DNA of 55,760 nt from Verrucomicrobiota bacterium (GCA_031429155.1 JANOZA010000855.1:1-55760); one strand, 5' to 3'; numbered from the stretch's first letter, positions 28,885-38,738 are shown. A program made the numbers and translations. The notes: a model not told the origin generated them from the letters alone.

Positions 28885-30114
28885 GTGTGGGTGGATGCAA
28901 CTGCCTGCCGCAACCTGAACACCGATAACTCCATCGAAGCGCGCGAGCGCCGCACCTTCCAGCTTGAACGCTGGAGGTCGGCCTGCATGGGGATACTGGA
29001 GACGGCTGGCGCTACGTTTCTGATCCTGATCGCGGGCCGGTGGTTCGACAGCGGTCCGGCGGTGAAGTCCCTGCTTCAGGCCAGCGGGAGCGTGGGGTTG
29101 TTGCTGACGCCGCTGGTGCTGGAGTGGGCTTCGCGGCGGGCAGGAGGGGCTGCGCGATCGGCTGCGGTGTTGTTCATCATTGCTGCTGCGGCGGTGCTGA
29201 CGGCGGCACTGGCGACGCGCGATCATGTGGAGATTTACGTCGCCGGTTGTATGCTCGGATTTGTCTGTGTGGCGGGAGCGACACCGCTGTTTGCGAGCAT
29301 TTACGAGAGTAACTACCGCGCGGACCGGCGGGGTGATTTGTTTTCGCGCAATGTGGTGGTGCGCATCCTGGCGAGTGTGGCCTTTGCCGGTGCGGGAGGC
29401 GCTTTGCTCAAGTACGACATCGCCAACTGGAGATGGATTCTCGCGGCCTATGGACTGGCCCTGCTGGGTGGCGCAGCGTGCCTGCGGCATAGTCCGCCGG
29501 TGAAGGTGGAGACCAGTGAGGGCACTCATCCGTTGAGGGCGTTCGTGCATGTGAAGAGTGACAAGGTATTCCGCTGGACGCTGGTGAGTTGGATGCTGAT
29601 GGGCTTTGCGAATCTGGCAATGCTGGCTCTGCGCGTGGATTACCTCGCCTCAGAAAAGTACGGTCTGCGGCTCGATGCGACGACGGTGGCGCTGCTGACC
29701 GGCATCGTGCCAAACATTGCGCGCCTGGCGTGTACCCGCATGTGGGGACGGCTGTTCGACCGGGTGAATTTCTTTACGCTCCGCATCGTGCTCAATTCCG
29801 GCATCATGCTCAGTATTATCTCGTTCTTCACCGGTGCGGGAACTGTGGGGTTGTATGCAGGCGCGGTGCTCTTCGGTATTAGTCTAGCCGGTGCCGATGT
29901 CGCGTGGTCACTGTGGGTGACGAAAGTCGCTCCTCCGGGGCTCGCCGGCGAATATATGACGGTCCACACATTCCTTACCGGTGTCCGCGGAGTCATCGCT
30001 CCTTTCGCGGCGTTTTATATGGCAGAGCACTTTGGCATTCCGGCGACGGCAATTGGAATGGCCGGACTGATCGTGCTCGCCACCCTGCTTCTCGTTCGGG
30101 AGCGGCGGCGATAG
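28885..30114 (+). CDS. MFS-type transporter
   Basis: About 12 hydrophobic helices in a 6+6 layout with a central loop (RHSPPVKVETSEGTHPLRAF). The start is uncertain: GTG 28885 or a later codon such as ATG 28987. Confidence 0.75.
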   Translation: MWVDATACRNLNTDNSIEARERRTFQLERWRSACMGILETAGATFLILIAGRWFDSGPAVKSLLQASGSVGLLLTPLVLEWASRRAGGAARSAAVLFIIAAAAVLTAALATRDHVEIYVAGCMLGFVCVAGATPLFASIYESNYRADRRGDLFSRNVVVRILASVAFAGAGGALLKYDIANWRWILAAYGLALLGGAACLRHSPPVKVETSEGTHPLRAFVHVKSDKVFRWTLVSWMLMGFANLAMLALRVDYLASEKYGLRLDATTVALLTGIVPNIARLACTRMWGRLFDRVNFFTLRIVLNSGIMLSIISFFTGAGTVGLYAGAVLFGISLAGADVAWSLWVTKVAPPGLAGEYMTVHTFLTGVRGVIAPFAAFYMAEHFGIPATAIGMAGLIVLATLLLVRERRR

Positions 30115-30116
30115 AC

Positions 30117-31457
30117 TCAATTCGGCCAGGCGCGGAACGAACGGACCCGGTAGAACCGGCGAGCGTCTGTGAGCGCGGCAGGGTCGGTGAATTCTGTGAG
30201 TGAGCCTGTCGCCTGCAGCGTGGCCAGAGGTGACCATGCGACGGCGGTGAGATCGGAGGAAGACTCGAGGAAGTACCAGCTTACGGGATCCGATTGCCAG
30301 CGCAGCCGCAGGCCGGCCGGTTGCAGGCTTATGGGTTCCCACGGCGTCGCTGCGGGAGGCGATAGAATGTTACGCACGATGCGGACCACACCGGAGTCGT
30401 TGGAGGCGATGAGCACATCGCCCGTGCGGCTGACGGAGACAGAACGGGGCTCGGACATGATGATTCCTGCAGTGGGCACATCCACGGGGTTCCGGTTATC
30501 CACGTTGGCGCTGTTGCCCTGCACGAACATCCACGCCCTGCCGCCGGTATCAATATACCAAACGTCGCCGCCCTTGTGTGTGGCGACGAAGTATCCGCCG
30601 AGAGGGTGGAAGGCCACGCCCCGGGGCTCGAGGAGTCCTACCTGCGTGGCGAGGAGTCCGCTGGAGGCCGGGCCGCTGTCAGTAGCGATAGCGCTGCCGA
30701 GACCAGCTACCCGCAGGGAATCTGTGAACGCGCCTCCACCGTAGCCGGCTGGCACACGATAGACTCCGTTATTGGTGCGGTCGCTGATGTAAATATTGCC
30801 GGCTGCATCCACATCAATGTTGCCGGTTTGGGCGAAGCCGGTGGCGACATTCACGCCGGGGCCGTTGCCCATCGCTGGTGTCCAGCGCTTCAGGGCGGTT
30901 CCGGTGCAGTAATAAATGAGTTGGCCGTCGCGGCGCACCCATAGACCGCGGTTCAGGGTGACGGCGTCAGTAATGACGGTGGTGAGCTGACCGGCGGTAT
31001 CCACCCGGCGGACTCGAAAGTTGCCGCTGTCGAGGATGTAGAAACTGCCGTCGGGCATGGCATACGCGTGTTGCGGGCCGTTGAGCAGGCATGCCCGGGC
31101 GTCGCCGTCTCCGTTGAAGCCGGCGTTGGGCGAGGATTCGTTCAGATTCCTCCCGGCTACGGTGTGAAGGGTGCCGTCAGTATCCACGCGGCGGATGGCG
31201 TGGGCATTCTTGTCCGCGATAAAGATGCGGCCATTCAGGTCCATCGTCGCCATGTGAGGCTCGGAAAGTTCCGCTGCCAGGGCGCTCAGTCCTTCTGCAT
31301 TGTTCCACTCGTTGGGATTACCATTCGCCCCCGCGACACCCAGTCCCGCCGCGACGGTGCAGGACCGATATTGCGCACGGAGATCATCCCATTCCGTGGC
31401 CGGGGCAGGGGAGAGGAGGCTGAGCAGGATCGGGAGGCAGAGGAGGGGGCGTGACAT
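30117..31457 (-). CDS. Secreted NHL-repeat beta-propeller protein with C-terminal tail module
   Basis: Signal peptide MSRPLLCLPILLSLLSPAPA. Repeated NHL-like blades include PHMATMDLNGRIFIADKNAHAIRRVDTDG, PQHAYAMPDGSFYILDSGNFRVRRVDTAG and IDVDAAGNIYISDRTNNGVYRV. The tail ends ...ARRFYRVRSFRAWPN. Confidence 0.85.
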   Translation of the reverse strand: MSRPLLCLPILLSLLSPAPATEWDDLRAQYRSCTVAAGLGVAGANGNPNEWNNAEGLSALAAELSEPHMATMDLNGRIFIADKNAHAIRRVDTDGTLHTVAGRNLNESSPNAGFNGDGDARACLLNGPQHAYAMPDGSFYILDSGNFRVRRVDTAGQLTTVITDAVTLNRGLWVRRDGQLIYYCTGTALKRWTPAMGNGPGVNVATGFAQTGNIDVDAAGNIYISDRTNNGVYRVPAGYGGGAFTDSLRVAGLGSAIATDSGPASSGLLATQVGLLEPRGVAFHPLGGYFVATHKGGDVWYIDTGGRAWMFVQGNSANVDNRNPVDVPTAGIIMSEPRSVSVSRTGDVLIASNDSGVVRIVRNILSPPAATPWEPISLQPAGLRLRWQSDPVSWYFLESSSDLTAVAWSPLATLQATGSLTEFTDPAALTDARRFYRVRSFRAWPN

Positions 31458-31525
31458 TGCGAAAGGGGATCAGCACACTGCGGCACTGTGGCTTAATCGG
31501 CGATGAGCGAGTGTTCCGGCGGCGT

Positions 31526-32125
31526 TCACTTCCAGTCCTTGCCCAGAGTGCCGTCGAGGAGTTCGCGCAGCGGAGGGGCTTTCCCGTCCCGGTCCTGGAG
31601 TTCGCTGGCGAGAATGGCGGCCTCGTTTTCGGGATCGAGATCGGCGGCGAGGCGGATAAGGACGCGGGCTAGCGTTTCCCGGGCCGGGGTGGGTTTGTCG
31701 GCCTGACGGGCGGCAGCGGTGAGGAGGAAGTTGGAGAAGACTCGGAGGTCGTCGTCGGGCGGAGGAAGGGAAGGGGATTTGCCGTCGGCCCAGCGCTGCC
31801 CGCAGTGAACAGCGGGCGCATTGAGTGGCTGCAGATGAAGTGAAATGGTGAGGAGGAGTCGCCCGCGGGTGCGGGCGGCAGCGTCCCCTCGCAGCACGGC
31901 ATCGGTATATTCCCTGGAGGCGTAATGGGAAAGAAAGGCGGCGATGCGCTCGCACTCGGGCTCGAGCAGGGCTGTCTTTTCAGGCGTGAAGAGGGGCGCC
32001 GGGACGTTGGGCCGGATGAACGGGCGCTTCTCTGTTTGCACGGCTTCGGCGGGCGGGACCGCAGGCTCTTGAGCGGACACGGTCGTCGCCAGCAGCAGGA
32101 GAAGTGCAGGCAGCCGCTTCATCAA
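31526..32125 (-). CDS. Hypothetical secreted protein
   Basis: Signal peptide MMKRLPALLLLLATTVSAQE. Its start overlaps the upstream gene's stop by 4 nt (ATGA on the minus strand), which suggests operon membership. No family recognised. Confidence 0.6.
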   Translation of the reverse strand: MMKRLPALLLLLATTVSAQEPAVPPAEAVQTEKRPFIRPNVPAPLFTPEKTALLEPECERIAAFLSHYASREYTDAVLRGDAAARTRGRLLLTISLHLQPLNAPAVHCGQRWADGKSPSLPPPDDDLRVFSNFLLTAAARQADKPTPARETLARVLIRLAADLDPENEAAILASELQDRDGKAPPLRELLDGTLGKDWK

Positions 32126-33093
32126 AACTTCTTCGGCTTGCCTTCCGCCAGGATGGAGACGGCGTGTTCCAGTCCGCGCTCGGTGCTGGCGGCGAGCAGG
32201 CGCTTGAGCGGCTCGTCCATGGGCTCACAGCCAAGGGGAAACGTGCCGTAGTGCATGGGCACCATGTGGCTGGCCCGGAGGTCGCCGAAAGCCGTCAGGG
32301 CTTCCTCGGGGTTCATGTGGACTTCGCGTCCGCTCATGGCTTGATAGGCTCCGATGGGGAGCATCGCGAGGTGAACGTCGCTATGGTTCCCGATCTCGGT
32401 GAAGCCTTCAAAGTAGGCACTGTCTCCGCAGTGATAGACGGTCCGGCCGCTTTCATTGCGGATGAGAAATCCGCCGAAGCCGCGGTTCACGTCGAGGCCC
32501 ATTCTCGCTCCCCAGTGCTTGGAGGGAGTAAAGGTTATCTCCAACGGGCCGAGCTGCACTTTGGCCCAGAGATCCATCTCCACGATCTCCCCAAATCCCC
32601 GGCCCTTCACCAGTTTTCCCACGCCGTGCGGGACGATGATGGGCTGGCCCCTGCCGATCTTTTTCAGCTCGCGCAGATGGAGGTGATCGAAGTGCGCGTG
32701 GGTGATGAGCACGGCGTGGATGGGCGGGAGGTCTTCTATTTCCAGCCCCGGATGCCGTGCCCGCTTGAGCAAGCCCAGCCAACTCGACCAGACTGGGTCC
32801 ACGAGCACATTCATGCCTTCCGTCTGGATCAGGAAGGACGCGTGTCCGATCCATGTGACCTGAAAATCCGCGCCGTCGTGTGAGAGCAGGTCCGGTCGCA
32901 GCGGGGTGCCGGTGCGCAGGGAAAACATCTGCGGCAGCATAATGCGGCGCACGAAATTGTAGTTCCGCCGGCTCCAGCCTTTTACCGGGCGCAGACCCAC
33001 GCGCTGGCCGCCGGATTGCGGCTGGGCAGGAGGGGATGAGGGTTCTTTTCCGTCCACGGCTGGTCGTTGAGGAAGTTCACACGCATCATGCAT
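32122..33093 (-). CDS. MBL-fold metallo-hydrolase (NAPE-PLD-like / beta-lactamase-fold family)
   Basis: Motifs VTWIGHASFLIQTEG, DPVWS, AVLITHAHFDHL and YHCGDSAYF. The listed 403-aa ORF (to 33333) would overlap ssb, so I trimmed to Met81 (33093). Met132 (32940) is an alternative start. Confidence 0.85.
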   Translation of the reverse strand: MHDACELPQRPAVDGKEPSSPPAQPQSGGQRVGLRPVKGWSRRNYNFVRRIMLPQMFSLRTGTPLRPDLLSHDGADFQVTWIGHASFLIQTEGMNVLVDPVWSSWLGLLKRARHPGLEIEDLPPIHAVLITHAHFDHLHLRELKKIGRGQPIIVPHGVGKLVKGRGFGEIVEMDLWAKVQLGPLEITFTPSKHWGARMGLDVNRGFGGFLIRNESGRTVYHCGDSAYFEGFTEIGNHSDVHLAMLPIGAYQAMSGREVHMNPEEALTAFGDLRASHMVPMHYGTFPLGCEPMDEPLKRLLAASTERGLEHAVSILAEGKPKKF

Positions 33094-33151
33094 CCGGAGG
33101 CGGCAAGTGCAATGCGGGATGCGGAAGGCGATACGCTTCGCCGCAGGTTTT

Positions 33152-33643
33152 TTAGAAAGGAATCTCGTCCTCTTCGTCGAGGCCCGGAGGGAACGCATTG
33201 CTCTCCTGGCGCGCTGCCGGCGCATTGTTTTGGCGCTGCGGCGGACGGCTGCGCGGGGCTTCGTCGTCGTCGCTGCGGCTGCTGCCTTCGCCACCGCCGC
33301 CACCGCCTTCTTTGTTGCCTCCAAGGAATTCAAAAGCGTCTCCGACTACTTTTAAGCGACTCGTCTTTTTGCCCGTCTGCTTGTCGTCCCATGAGTCCAG
33401 TTGGAGGCGGCCTTCCACATAGATCGGCCGGCCTTTCTTCATCCACTGGCAGAGAACCTCCGCCTGTTTTCCCCAGAAAGTGACCTCTACAAAAGTAACT
33501 TCTTCGCGGACCTCATTCTCTACTTTGTAGCGGCGGTTAATGGCCATCCCGATGTCCGTAACCGCCATGCCCTTGGGCGTGTAGCGGAGTTCGGGGTCGC
33601 GGGTGATGTTCCCCATGAGCATGACTTTGTTGAGATTGGGCAT
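33152..33643 (-). CDS. ssb: Single-stranded DNA-binding protein
   Basis: OB-fold N-terminus MPNLNKVMLMGNITRDPELRYTPKG, a Gly-rich linker, and the canonical acidic tip ...DEEDEIPF. Confidence 0.95.
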   Translation of the reverse strand: MPNLNKVMLMGNITRDPELRYTPKGMAVTDIGMAINRRYKVENEVREEVTFVEVTFWGKQAEVLCQWMKKGRPIYVEGRLQLDSWDDKQTGKKTSRLKVVGDAFEFLGGNKEGGGGGGEGSSRSDDDEAPRSRPPQRQNNAPAARQESNAFPPGLDEEDEIPF

Positions 33644-33753
33644 AGCAAGTATTTGAGCTGAGTGTGCCGCGAGTTAAGCGGTCATGCCAAAATGCAGCAA
33701 CCTGTAATTTCCCCGGCTTGCATGTCTGGAGGGGCGGCGGCAAATGCCGGGCC

Positions 33754-34233
33754 ATGATCCCCACCGGTATTATCACCATTTCCGACCGTGCCTCGCGCGG
33801 TGAATACGACGACCTCGGCGGTCCGGCGCTGCGCGCCGCGGTGGTGGCGCTCGGCTGGACGGTTCAGGCGGAAGCGCTGGTGCCCGATGAAGCGGCGCGC
33901 ATCCAGGAGGCCGTGAAATCCTTCTCCGCGCAGGGGTGTCACCTCATTCTGACGACGGGCGGCACCGGCATCGCCGCACGCGATGTGACGCCGGAAGCGA
34001 TCCGCGGCATCATGCGGGTGGAATTGCCCGGCTTTGGCGAGGCCATGCGGATGAAGTCATTCGAGACGCTGCCCAACGCCATCCTCTCCCGCTCCCTGGC
34101 CGCAGTCGTGGAGCAATCCCTCGTCATCGCCCTGCCCGGCAAGCCCCAGGGTGCGGTGGATTGCCTCCACATCATCGCCGCAGCCGTTCCCCACACCGTA
34201 AAAGTCGTCCGCAAAGAAGCGACATCCTGCTGA
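33754..34233 (+). CDS. mog: Molybdopterin adenylyltransferase (MogA/MoaB family)
   Basis: IITISDRASRGEYDDLGGPAL, LILTTGGTGIAARDVTPEA, PGFGEAMR and ILSR...LPGKPQ are colinear with E. coli MogA as recalled. The start was trimmed to ATG 33754. Confidence 0.85.
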   Translation: MIPTGIITISDRASRGEYDDLGGPALRAAVVALGWTVQAEALVPDEAARIQEAVKSFSAQGCHLILTTGGTGIAARDVTPEAIRGIMRVELPGFGEAMRMKSFETLPNAILSRSLAAVVEQSLVIALPGKPQGAVDCLHIIAAAVPHTVKVVRKEATSC

Positions 34234-34316
34234 GTGACGCGGATGAATTTTCCAGTGACAGGCGCTCAGACCTTTATAGCATCCCGCCCACGATTCCAAC
34301 CAACCACACCAACCCC

Positions 34317-35351
34317 ATGAAATTCCGCACCCCATTTCTCGCCGCCAGTTTGTCCCTCACCGCCATGCTGGCCGCCCACGACGGCACTGAGCCCGCTCCC
34401 ACTTTCTCCCCAGGCGTAGTGGCCGAGGAAAGCATCGCCTTCACCTCCGACGGCGATTTCAAATTCTCCACCGACCCGGGGTGGGGCGCACTGCCCAATG
34501 GCGAGAATCCAGGCCCCACGCACGGCGGCGTCGCCCGTGACAAGGCGGGCAATGTTTATGTCAGCACCGACACGGACAAAGGCATCCTCGTCTTCAATCC
34601 CGACGGCACCTTCCAGAAGAGCATCGCCAAAGAATTCAAAGCCATCCACGGCCTCATGCTGCGCGAGGAAAAAGACGGGGAATTCCTCTACGCCGGCTGG
34701 CTCGGCGGCGGCCACGCCCTCAAGCTCAAGCTCGACGGCACCGCCGTGCTCAAGATTCCCTGCCCGATGGAGAGCGGCAAATACAAAGCCCCCGGCGAAT
34801 GGAAACCCACCAATGCCGACAGCGCCCCGGACGGCTCCATCTTCGTCACCGACGGCTACGGCAAATCCTTCATTCACAAGTTCGACGCCGCCGGCAAATA
34901 CATCCTCACCTTCGGCGGTGGCGGCAATGACAACGACCACTTCAACACCCCGCACGGCGTCGGCGTGGACCTCCGCGGCGAAAAGCCCCTCCTCCTCGTC
35001 GCCGACCGAGGCAATGGCCGCCTCCAGCACTTCGACCTCGACGGCAAATACGTCGCCACCGTCGCCAAAGGACTCCGCGCCCCCTGCGCCGTTTCCTTTG
35101 AGGGCAGGATGGTCGTCGTGCCTGAACTCCAGGGCCGCGTCACCATCCTAGACGGCAGCAACAAGGAAGTCGCCCACCTCGGCACCAACCCGAACCCGAA
35201 ACAGAGCGGCAACTTCGGTGTCCCTCCTGCTGACTGGAGCCCCCTCTTCTTCACCGCCCCCCACGGCGCCTGCTTCGACGGCAACGGCGGCATCTACGTT
35301 CAGGACTGGAACGCCACCGGTCGCATCAGGCATTTGAAGGCGGTGAAGTGA
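34317..35351 (+). CDS. Secreted NHL-repeat / six-bladed beta-propeller protein
   Basis: Signal peptide MKFRTPFLAASLSLTAMLAAHDG. NHL-like blades include GVARDKAGNVYVSTDTDKGILVFNPDG, PHGVGVDLRGEKPLLLVADRGNGRLQHFDLDG and PHGACFDGNGGIYVQDW. The upstream part of the listed ORF (from 33936) overlaps mog and was trimmed. Confidence 0.8.
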   Translation: MKFRTPFLAASLSLTAMLAAHDGTEPAPTFSPGVVAEESIAFTSDGDFKFSTDPGWGALPNGENPGPTHGGVARDKAGNVYVSTDTDKGILVFNPDGTFQKSIAKEFKAIHGLMLREEKDGEFLYAGWLGGGHALKLKLDGTAVLKIPCPMESGKYKAPGEWKPTNADSAPDGSIFVTDGYGKSFIHKFDAAGKYILTFGGGGNDNDHFNTPHGVGVDLRGEKPLLLVADRGNGRLQHFDLDGKYVATVAKGLRAPCAVSFEGRMVVVPELQGRVTILDGSNKEVAHLGTNPNPKQSGNFGVPPADWSPLFFTAPHGACFDGNGGIYVQDWNATGRIRHLKAVK

Positions 35352-35463
35352 CCCGGTCTTGAAATCCCCGCTACGGCATCATCCGTCGGGGCAGCCACAC
35401 GCGCGCCCGGCTTAAACAAACACAGCTTGCCGGATGTCAGGGGCGGGACACACTCCCGCTGCC

Positions 35464-37578
35464 ATGAAGAAACTGCTCGTCCCTGCGCTTACGCTCACCG
35501 CCGGTTTTGCCGGCGGATGGTTCATTCCGAAACGACAGCCTCTCTCGTCGGGCTCTGCCGCAGAGCCGCCGACCGCCGTCGTCGTGGCTCCTGCCGCACC
35601 AACCGCCGCCGCGCCGGACAAGACGTCGGAAGGCAAAGCAGCCGCCGCCAAAGCCAGCCTCGCGCAGTGCCGGGACTTGTTTAAGGCGGAGAAGAATCCC
35701 GCACGGGCCACCGTGAAGATGCTGGCGCTGCTCGATGGTATGGACGCCGCTGCCATCACCGCGCTGGCAGCACAGTTGGGCGACAGTGTCGGGTCATGGT
35801 CCGATGCCCAGTCCGGCACGCTCCTGACGCTCGTCTTTGGCAAGCTGGCGGAACTCAATGCCCCGGCGGCTTTTCAGACCGCCATGCAGTCCAAAGACAT
35901 GTGGATCCGCATGACCTCCGTCAGTGCCGTGGTGGAACAGATGGCCCGCACCAATCCCGCAGCAGCCATAGCGGCGGTGGATAAACTCCCCCAAGGCTAC
36001 CTGCGCCGCAGCGTGCTCGCCAGCGCGGCCAGCGCCATCGCGCAGAGCGACGGCCCCGCCGCCGTGGCCATGCTCCAGCGCGCCAAAGTCCCGCCGAATG
36101 ACTGGGCGTGGGGCCGGATGCTGGGCTCGTGGGCCGCACACGATCCCTCGGGAGCCGCTGCGCAACTGCTCACCCTCCCTCGCCAGACGGTGTTCAACAG
36201 CATGAACAGCATCGCCGCCGCATGGGCCAAATCAGACCCTTCCGCGGCCATGGCCTGGGCTCAATCCCTCTCAGATCCCGCCCTGCGCCGGTCCGCGCTT
36301 TCCAACACCATCACCACCATTGCTCAACGCGATCCGGAGCAGGCCACCGCGCTGGCTGCCGCCCAGCCCGTCGGGGAAAGGCGTCTGTTGATGACAGGCA
36401 TTGCCAGCAATCTGGCCCAGGCTGACGGCCCCGGTGCTCTCGCCTGGGCGCAGGCCCTCACCGATCCGCAGGAACGCCAGCGCTGCCTCAGTGCCGTAGC
36501 GGATGGTACCGGATACAGCGACACCGACACCGCCCGCGCCGCCGTTCAGCAGTTGCCCGCAGGTGCCATACGCAACGAAGCCCTCCAACGCCTCAGCAAC
36601 CGGCTCTCCTGGACTGACCCCATCGCCGCCCGCGACTGGGCTCTGACTCTGAAGCCCAACGAACAGGCTCTCGTCATGCGCCAGGTCGTCCAGGAGCTCG
36701 CCGGCACGGATGTCGCGGCTGCGGAAAAGCTGGCGGATTCCCTCCCTCAGACGGGCGACAACGAATGGGCCTGGCGCAGCATCGCCGGCTCCAAAGCGCT
36801 CACCGATCCCGCCTCCGCCCTCACCTGGGCCGGCGCGCTGGATACAGAACAGGCGCGGCTCGCCGCCACCAGCGCCGTCTTTGAGCAATGGGCCAGCCAT
36901 TCCCCGGACAAAGCCGCCGCCGCCCTCGCCGGCATCACCGACCTCAACCTCCGCCGAGCCGCCGCCGAAAAACTCGGCGAATCCTGGGCCAACCGTTCCC
37001 CCGCCGAAGCTACCCAGTGGGCCGCGAGCCTCACCGGAGACGACCGTATCTCCGCCCTAAGTGCCGTAGGGAATGCCAGCGCCGCCGACGATCCCCGCGC
37101 CGCCGGTGCCAGCCTCGCCGCTGCCACTTCCGCCGCCGGCAGTGACACTGCCACCGACAAACTCGCCGCTTCCGCCGCCACCATCGCCGCTGCATGGACC
37201 GGCCAAAGCCCCACCGATGCCGCCGCATGGGCCACCACTCTGCCCGATGGCAAAATCCGTGAGCAAGCCCTCGGCCAGGTAGCCGGCGAGTGGGCACGCT
37301 ACGACCCCGCGGGAGTCTCCGAGTGGATCAACGACCTCCCGCACGACCGCTCCCGCGACGCCGCCATCGGCCAACTGGTGAACCGCATTGTGAACACAGA
37401 CCCCGAGAGCGCCTTCACCTGGGCCGCCTCCGTGGAAAACACCGAGCAGCAGGCCGAGACCCTCAAGTCCGCCGCCACCGCATGGAAAGCCATCAACCCC
37501 GAAGCCGCCCGCGCCGCCGTGCAAAACGCCGCCCTTCCAGACGACGTGCGCGCCCGCCTCATGGAGGCGATCCGCTGA
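35464..37578 (+). CDS. Ala-rich alpha-helical repeat protein with N-terminal signal/anchor (hypothetical)
   Basis: MKKLLVPALTLTAGFAGGWFI is followed by more than 12 copies of a ~35-40 aa unit with signature W(A/T)xxDPxxAxxWAxxL. Examples: AAAWAKSDPSAAMAWAQSLSDPALRR, ALAWAQALTDPQER, ATQWAASLTGDDR, AAAWATTLPDGKIR, AFTWAASVENTEQ. Confidence 0.75.
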   Translation: MKKLLVPALTLTAGFAGGWFIPKRQPLSSGSAAEPPTAVVVAPAAPTAAAPDKTSEGKAAAAKASLAQCRDLFKAEKNPARATVKMLALLDGMDAAAITALAAQLGDSVGSWSDAQSGTLLTLVFGKLAELNAPAAFQTAMQSKDMWIRMTSVSAVVEQMARTNPAAAIAAVDKLPQGYLRRSVLASAASAIAQSDGPAAVAMLQRAKVPPNDWAWGRMLGSWAAHDPSGAAAQLLTLPRQTVFNSMNSIAAAWAKSDPSAAMAWAQSLSDPALRRSALSNTITTIAQRDPEQATALAAAQPVGERRLLMTGIASNLAQADGPGALAWAQALTDPQERQRCLSAVADGTGYSDTDTARAAVQQLPAGAIRNEALQRLSNRLSWTDPIAARDWALTLKPNEQALVMRQVVQELAGTDVAAAEKLADSLPQTGDNEWAWRSIAGSKALTDPASALTWAGALDTEQARLAATSAVFEQWASHSPDKAAAALAGITDLNLRRAAAEKLGESWANRSPAEATQWAASLTGDDRISALSAVGNASAADDPRAAGASLAAATSAAGSDTATDKLAASAATIAAAWTGQSPTDAAAWATTLPDGKIREQALGQVAGEWARYDPAGVSEWINDLPHDRSRDAAIGQLVNRIVNTDPESAFTWAASVENTEQQAETLKSAATAWKAINPEAARAAVQNAALPDDVRARLMEAIR

Positions 37579-37723
37579 TTCCAAAGTCAGAATACCAAGC
37601 CTGGAGGTTAAACAGCCGGGAGCTCCATCCTTTGCAACGTAACCGTTGCAGCAATCCACCTAACGCAGGGCGTGTATTTCGCGCGGGCGTTGGCGGGATT
37701 GGCGCATGACCAATGCAACGAAC

Positions 37724-38290
37724 TTACAACGTGAGACCCGCTGGCGGGCTATCGTGCGGCGGCAGATAGCCGGACAATCCCTGCGCGTGGTAGTGCGGGA
37801 TGAGCTTCACGTAGCGCTCAGCCCATTCGCGCAGACCGGATTGTTCCTCCATGGAAAGCCCGCGCACCACTTTGGCCGGCGAGCCAAGTACCATGCTGCC
37901 CGGCGGAATCTTTTTCCCCTGTGTGACCAGCGCCCCCGCGCCGACGATGCTTCGCTCACCGATCTCCACGCCGTCGAGAATGATCGCCCCCATGCCGATC
38001 AGGCACTCGTCACCGATGGTGCAGGCATGTAACATCGCCATATGCCCAACGGTCACATAGTCACCGATGATGCAGCCGTGCTCAGCGGAAAGGTGCAGCA
38101 CTGAGCCGTCTTGAATGTTTGATCCTTTGCCGACGGTGATGCGATTGATGTCGCCGCGCAGAACGCTGTTGTACCAGACACTGGCACTCTCGCCAATGGT
38201 CACATCGCCGAGCAGTGTGGCGCTGGGTGCGATGAATGCGGACGGGTGAATCGTTGGCTGCCGGAGCAGGAAAGCGGGAGATTGGTTCAT
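37724..38290 (-). CDS. Gamma-class carbonic anhydrase-like / hexapeptide-repeat protein (YrdA/PaaY family)
   Basis: Left-handed beta-helix hexapeptide pattern and family motifs: IHPSAFIAPSATLLGDVTIGESASVWYNSVLRGDINRITVGKGSNIQDGSVLH...GHMAMLHACTIGDECLIGMGAIILDG. Confidence 0.85.
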   Translation of the reverse strand: MNQSPAFLLRQPTIHPSAFIAPSATLLGDVTIGESASVWYNSVLRGDINRITVGKGSNIQDGSVLHLSAEHGCIIGDYVTVGHMAMLHACTIGDECLIGMGAIILDGVEIGERSIVGAGALVTQGKKIPPGSMVLGSPAKVVRGLSMEEQSGLREWAERYVKLIPHYHAQGLSGYLPPHDSPPAGLTL

Positions 38291-38443
38291 GGTTTTTAAA
38301 AAGTTTTATTTCAGCGGGTGGTGTATTTTTATAACAAATCAGACGCAAAGGTTTTGACACTAAAGGAGAGAATCTCTATTGATGCAGCACCGGTAAGCGT
38401 TCCACGACGCGAATCGAACACTCAACTAAAATCCAACACTACC

Positions 38444-38719
38444 ATGAACAAAGCCCAACTCATCGAATCAATACAAAAAGCCCTCGGAAAAGATGCCACC
38501 AAGAAATGCGCCGGCGACGCTCTGGCCGCAGTCCTCGAATCCATCGTCAAAGGTGTGAAGAAGGACAAGAATGTGCAGCTCATCGGATTCGGCACCTTTA
38601 AGGTCTCCAGCCGCAAGGCCCGCAAAGGTCGCAACCCGAAGACTGGCGCTGCGATGACCATCAAGGCTTCGAAGAGCGTCCGCTTCGTCGCTTCCAGCGC
38701 TATCAAGAAAGGCCTGTAA
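38444..38719 (+). CDS. hup: HU-family DNA-binding protein
   Basis: MNKAQLIESIQKALG...VQLIGFGTFKVSSRKARKGRNPKTGAAMTIKASKSVRFVASSAIK is the classic HU/IHF fold signature (GFGxF, RxGRNPxTG). Confidence 0.9.
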   Translation: MNKAQLIESIQKALGKDATKKCAGDALAAVLESIVKGVKKDKNVQLIGFGTFKVSSRKARKGRNPKTGAAMTIKASKSVRFVASSAIKKGL

Positions 38720-38738
38720 GCCCGAACTTCAATCATTG

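Noticed and set aside
32122-33333. The full 403-aa ORF as the MBL-hydrolase gene.
   Set aside because: The first 80 aa are Ala/Arg/Lys-rich junk and overlap the well-supported ssb gene (33152-33643) on the same strand. An internal Met at 33093 gives a sensible N-terminus downstream of the ssb stop.
33936-34316. 5' extensions of listed ORFs that overlap upstream genes: 33936 start of the NHL protein, 33664 of mog, 38736 of cdsA, 39625 of dxr, 38318 of HU, 47115 of gatB, 50734 of tdh and 49407 of the hypothetical protein.
   Set aside because: In each case the extension is compositionally junk or overlaps a supported gene or terminator. An internal ATG immediately precedes the recognisable signal peptide or the conserved N-terminal family motif.
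37633-37650. Perfect 7-bp hairpin TGCAACG-taac-CGTTGCA between convergent genes, considered as a terminator.
   Set aside because: The stem is short and has no flanking U/T tract on either strand, so I did not annotate it. It could still be a weak bidirectional terminator.
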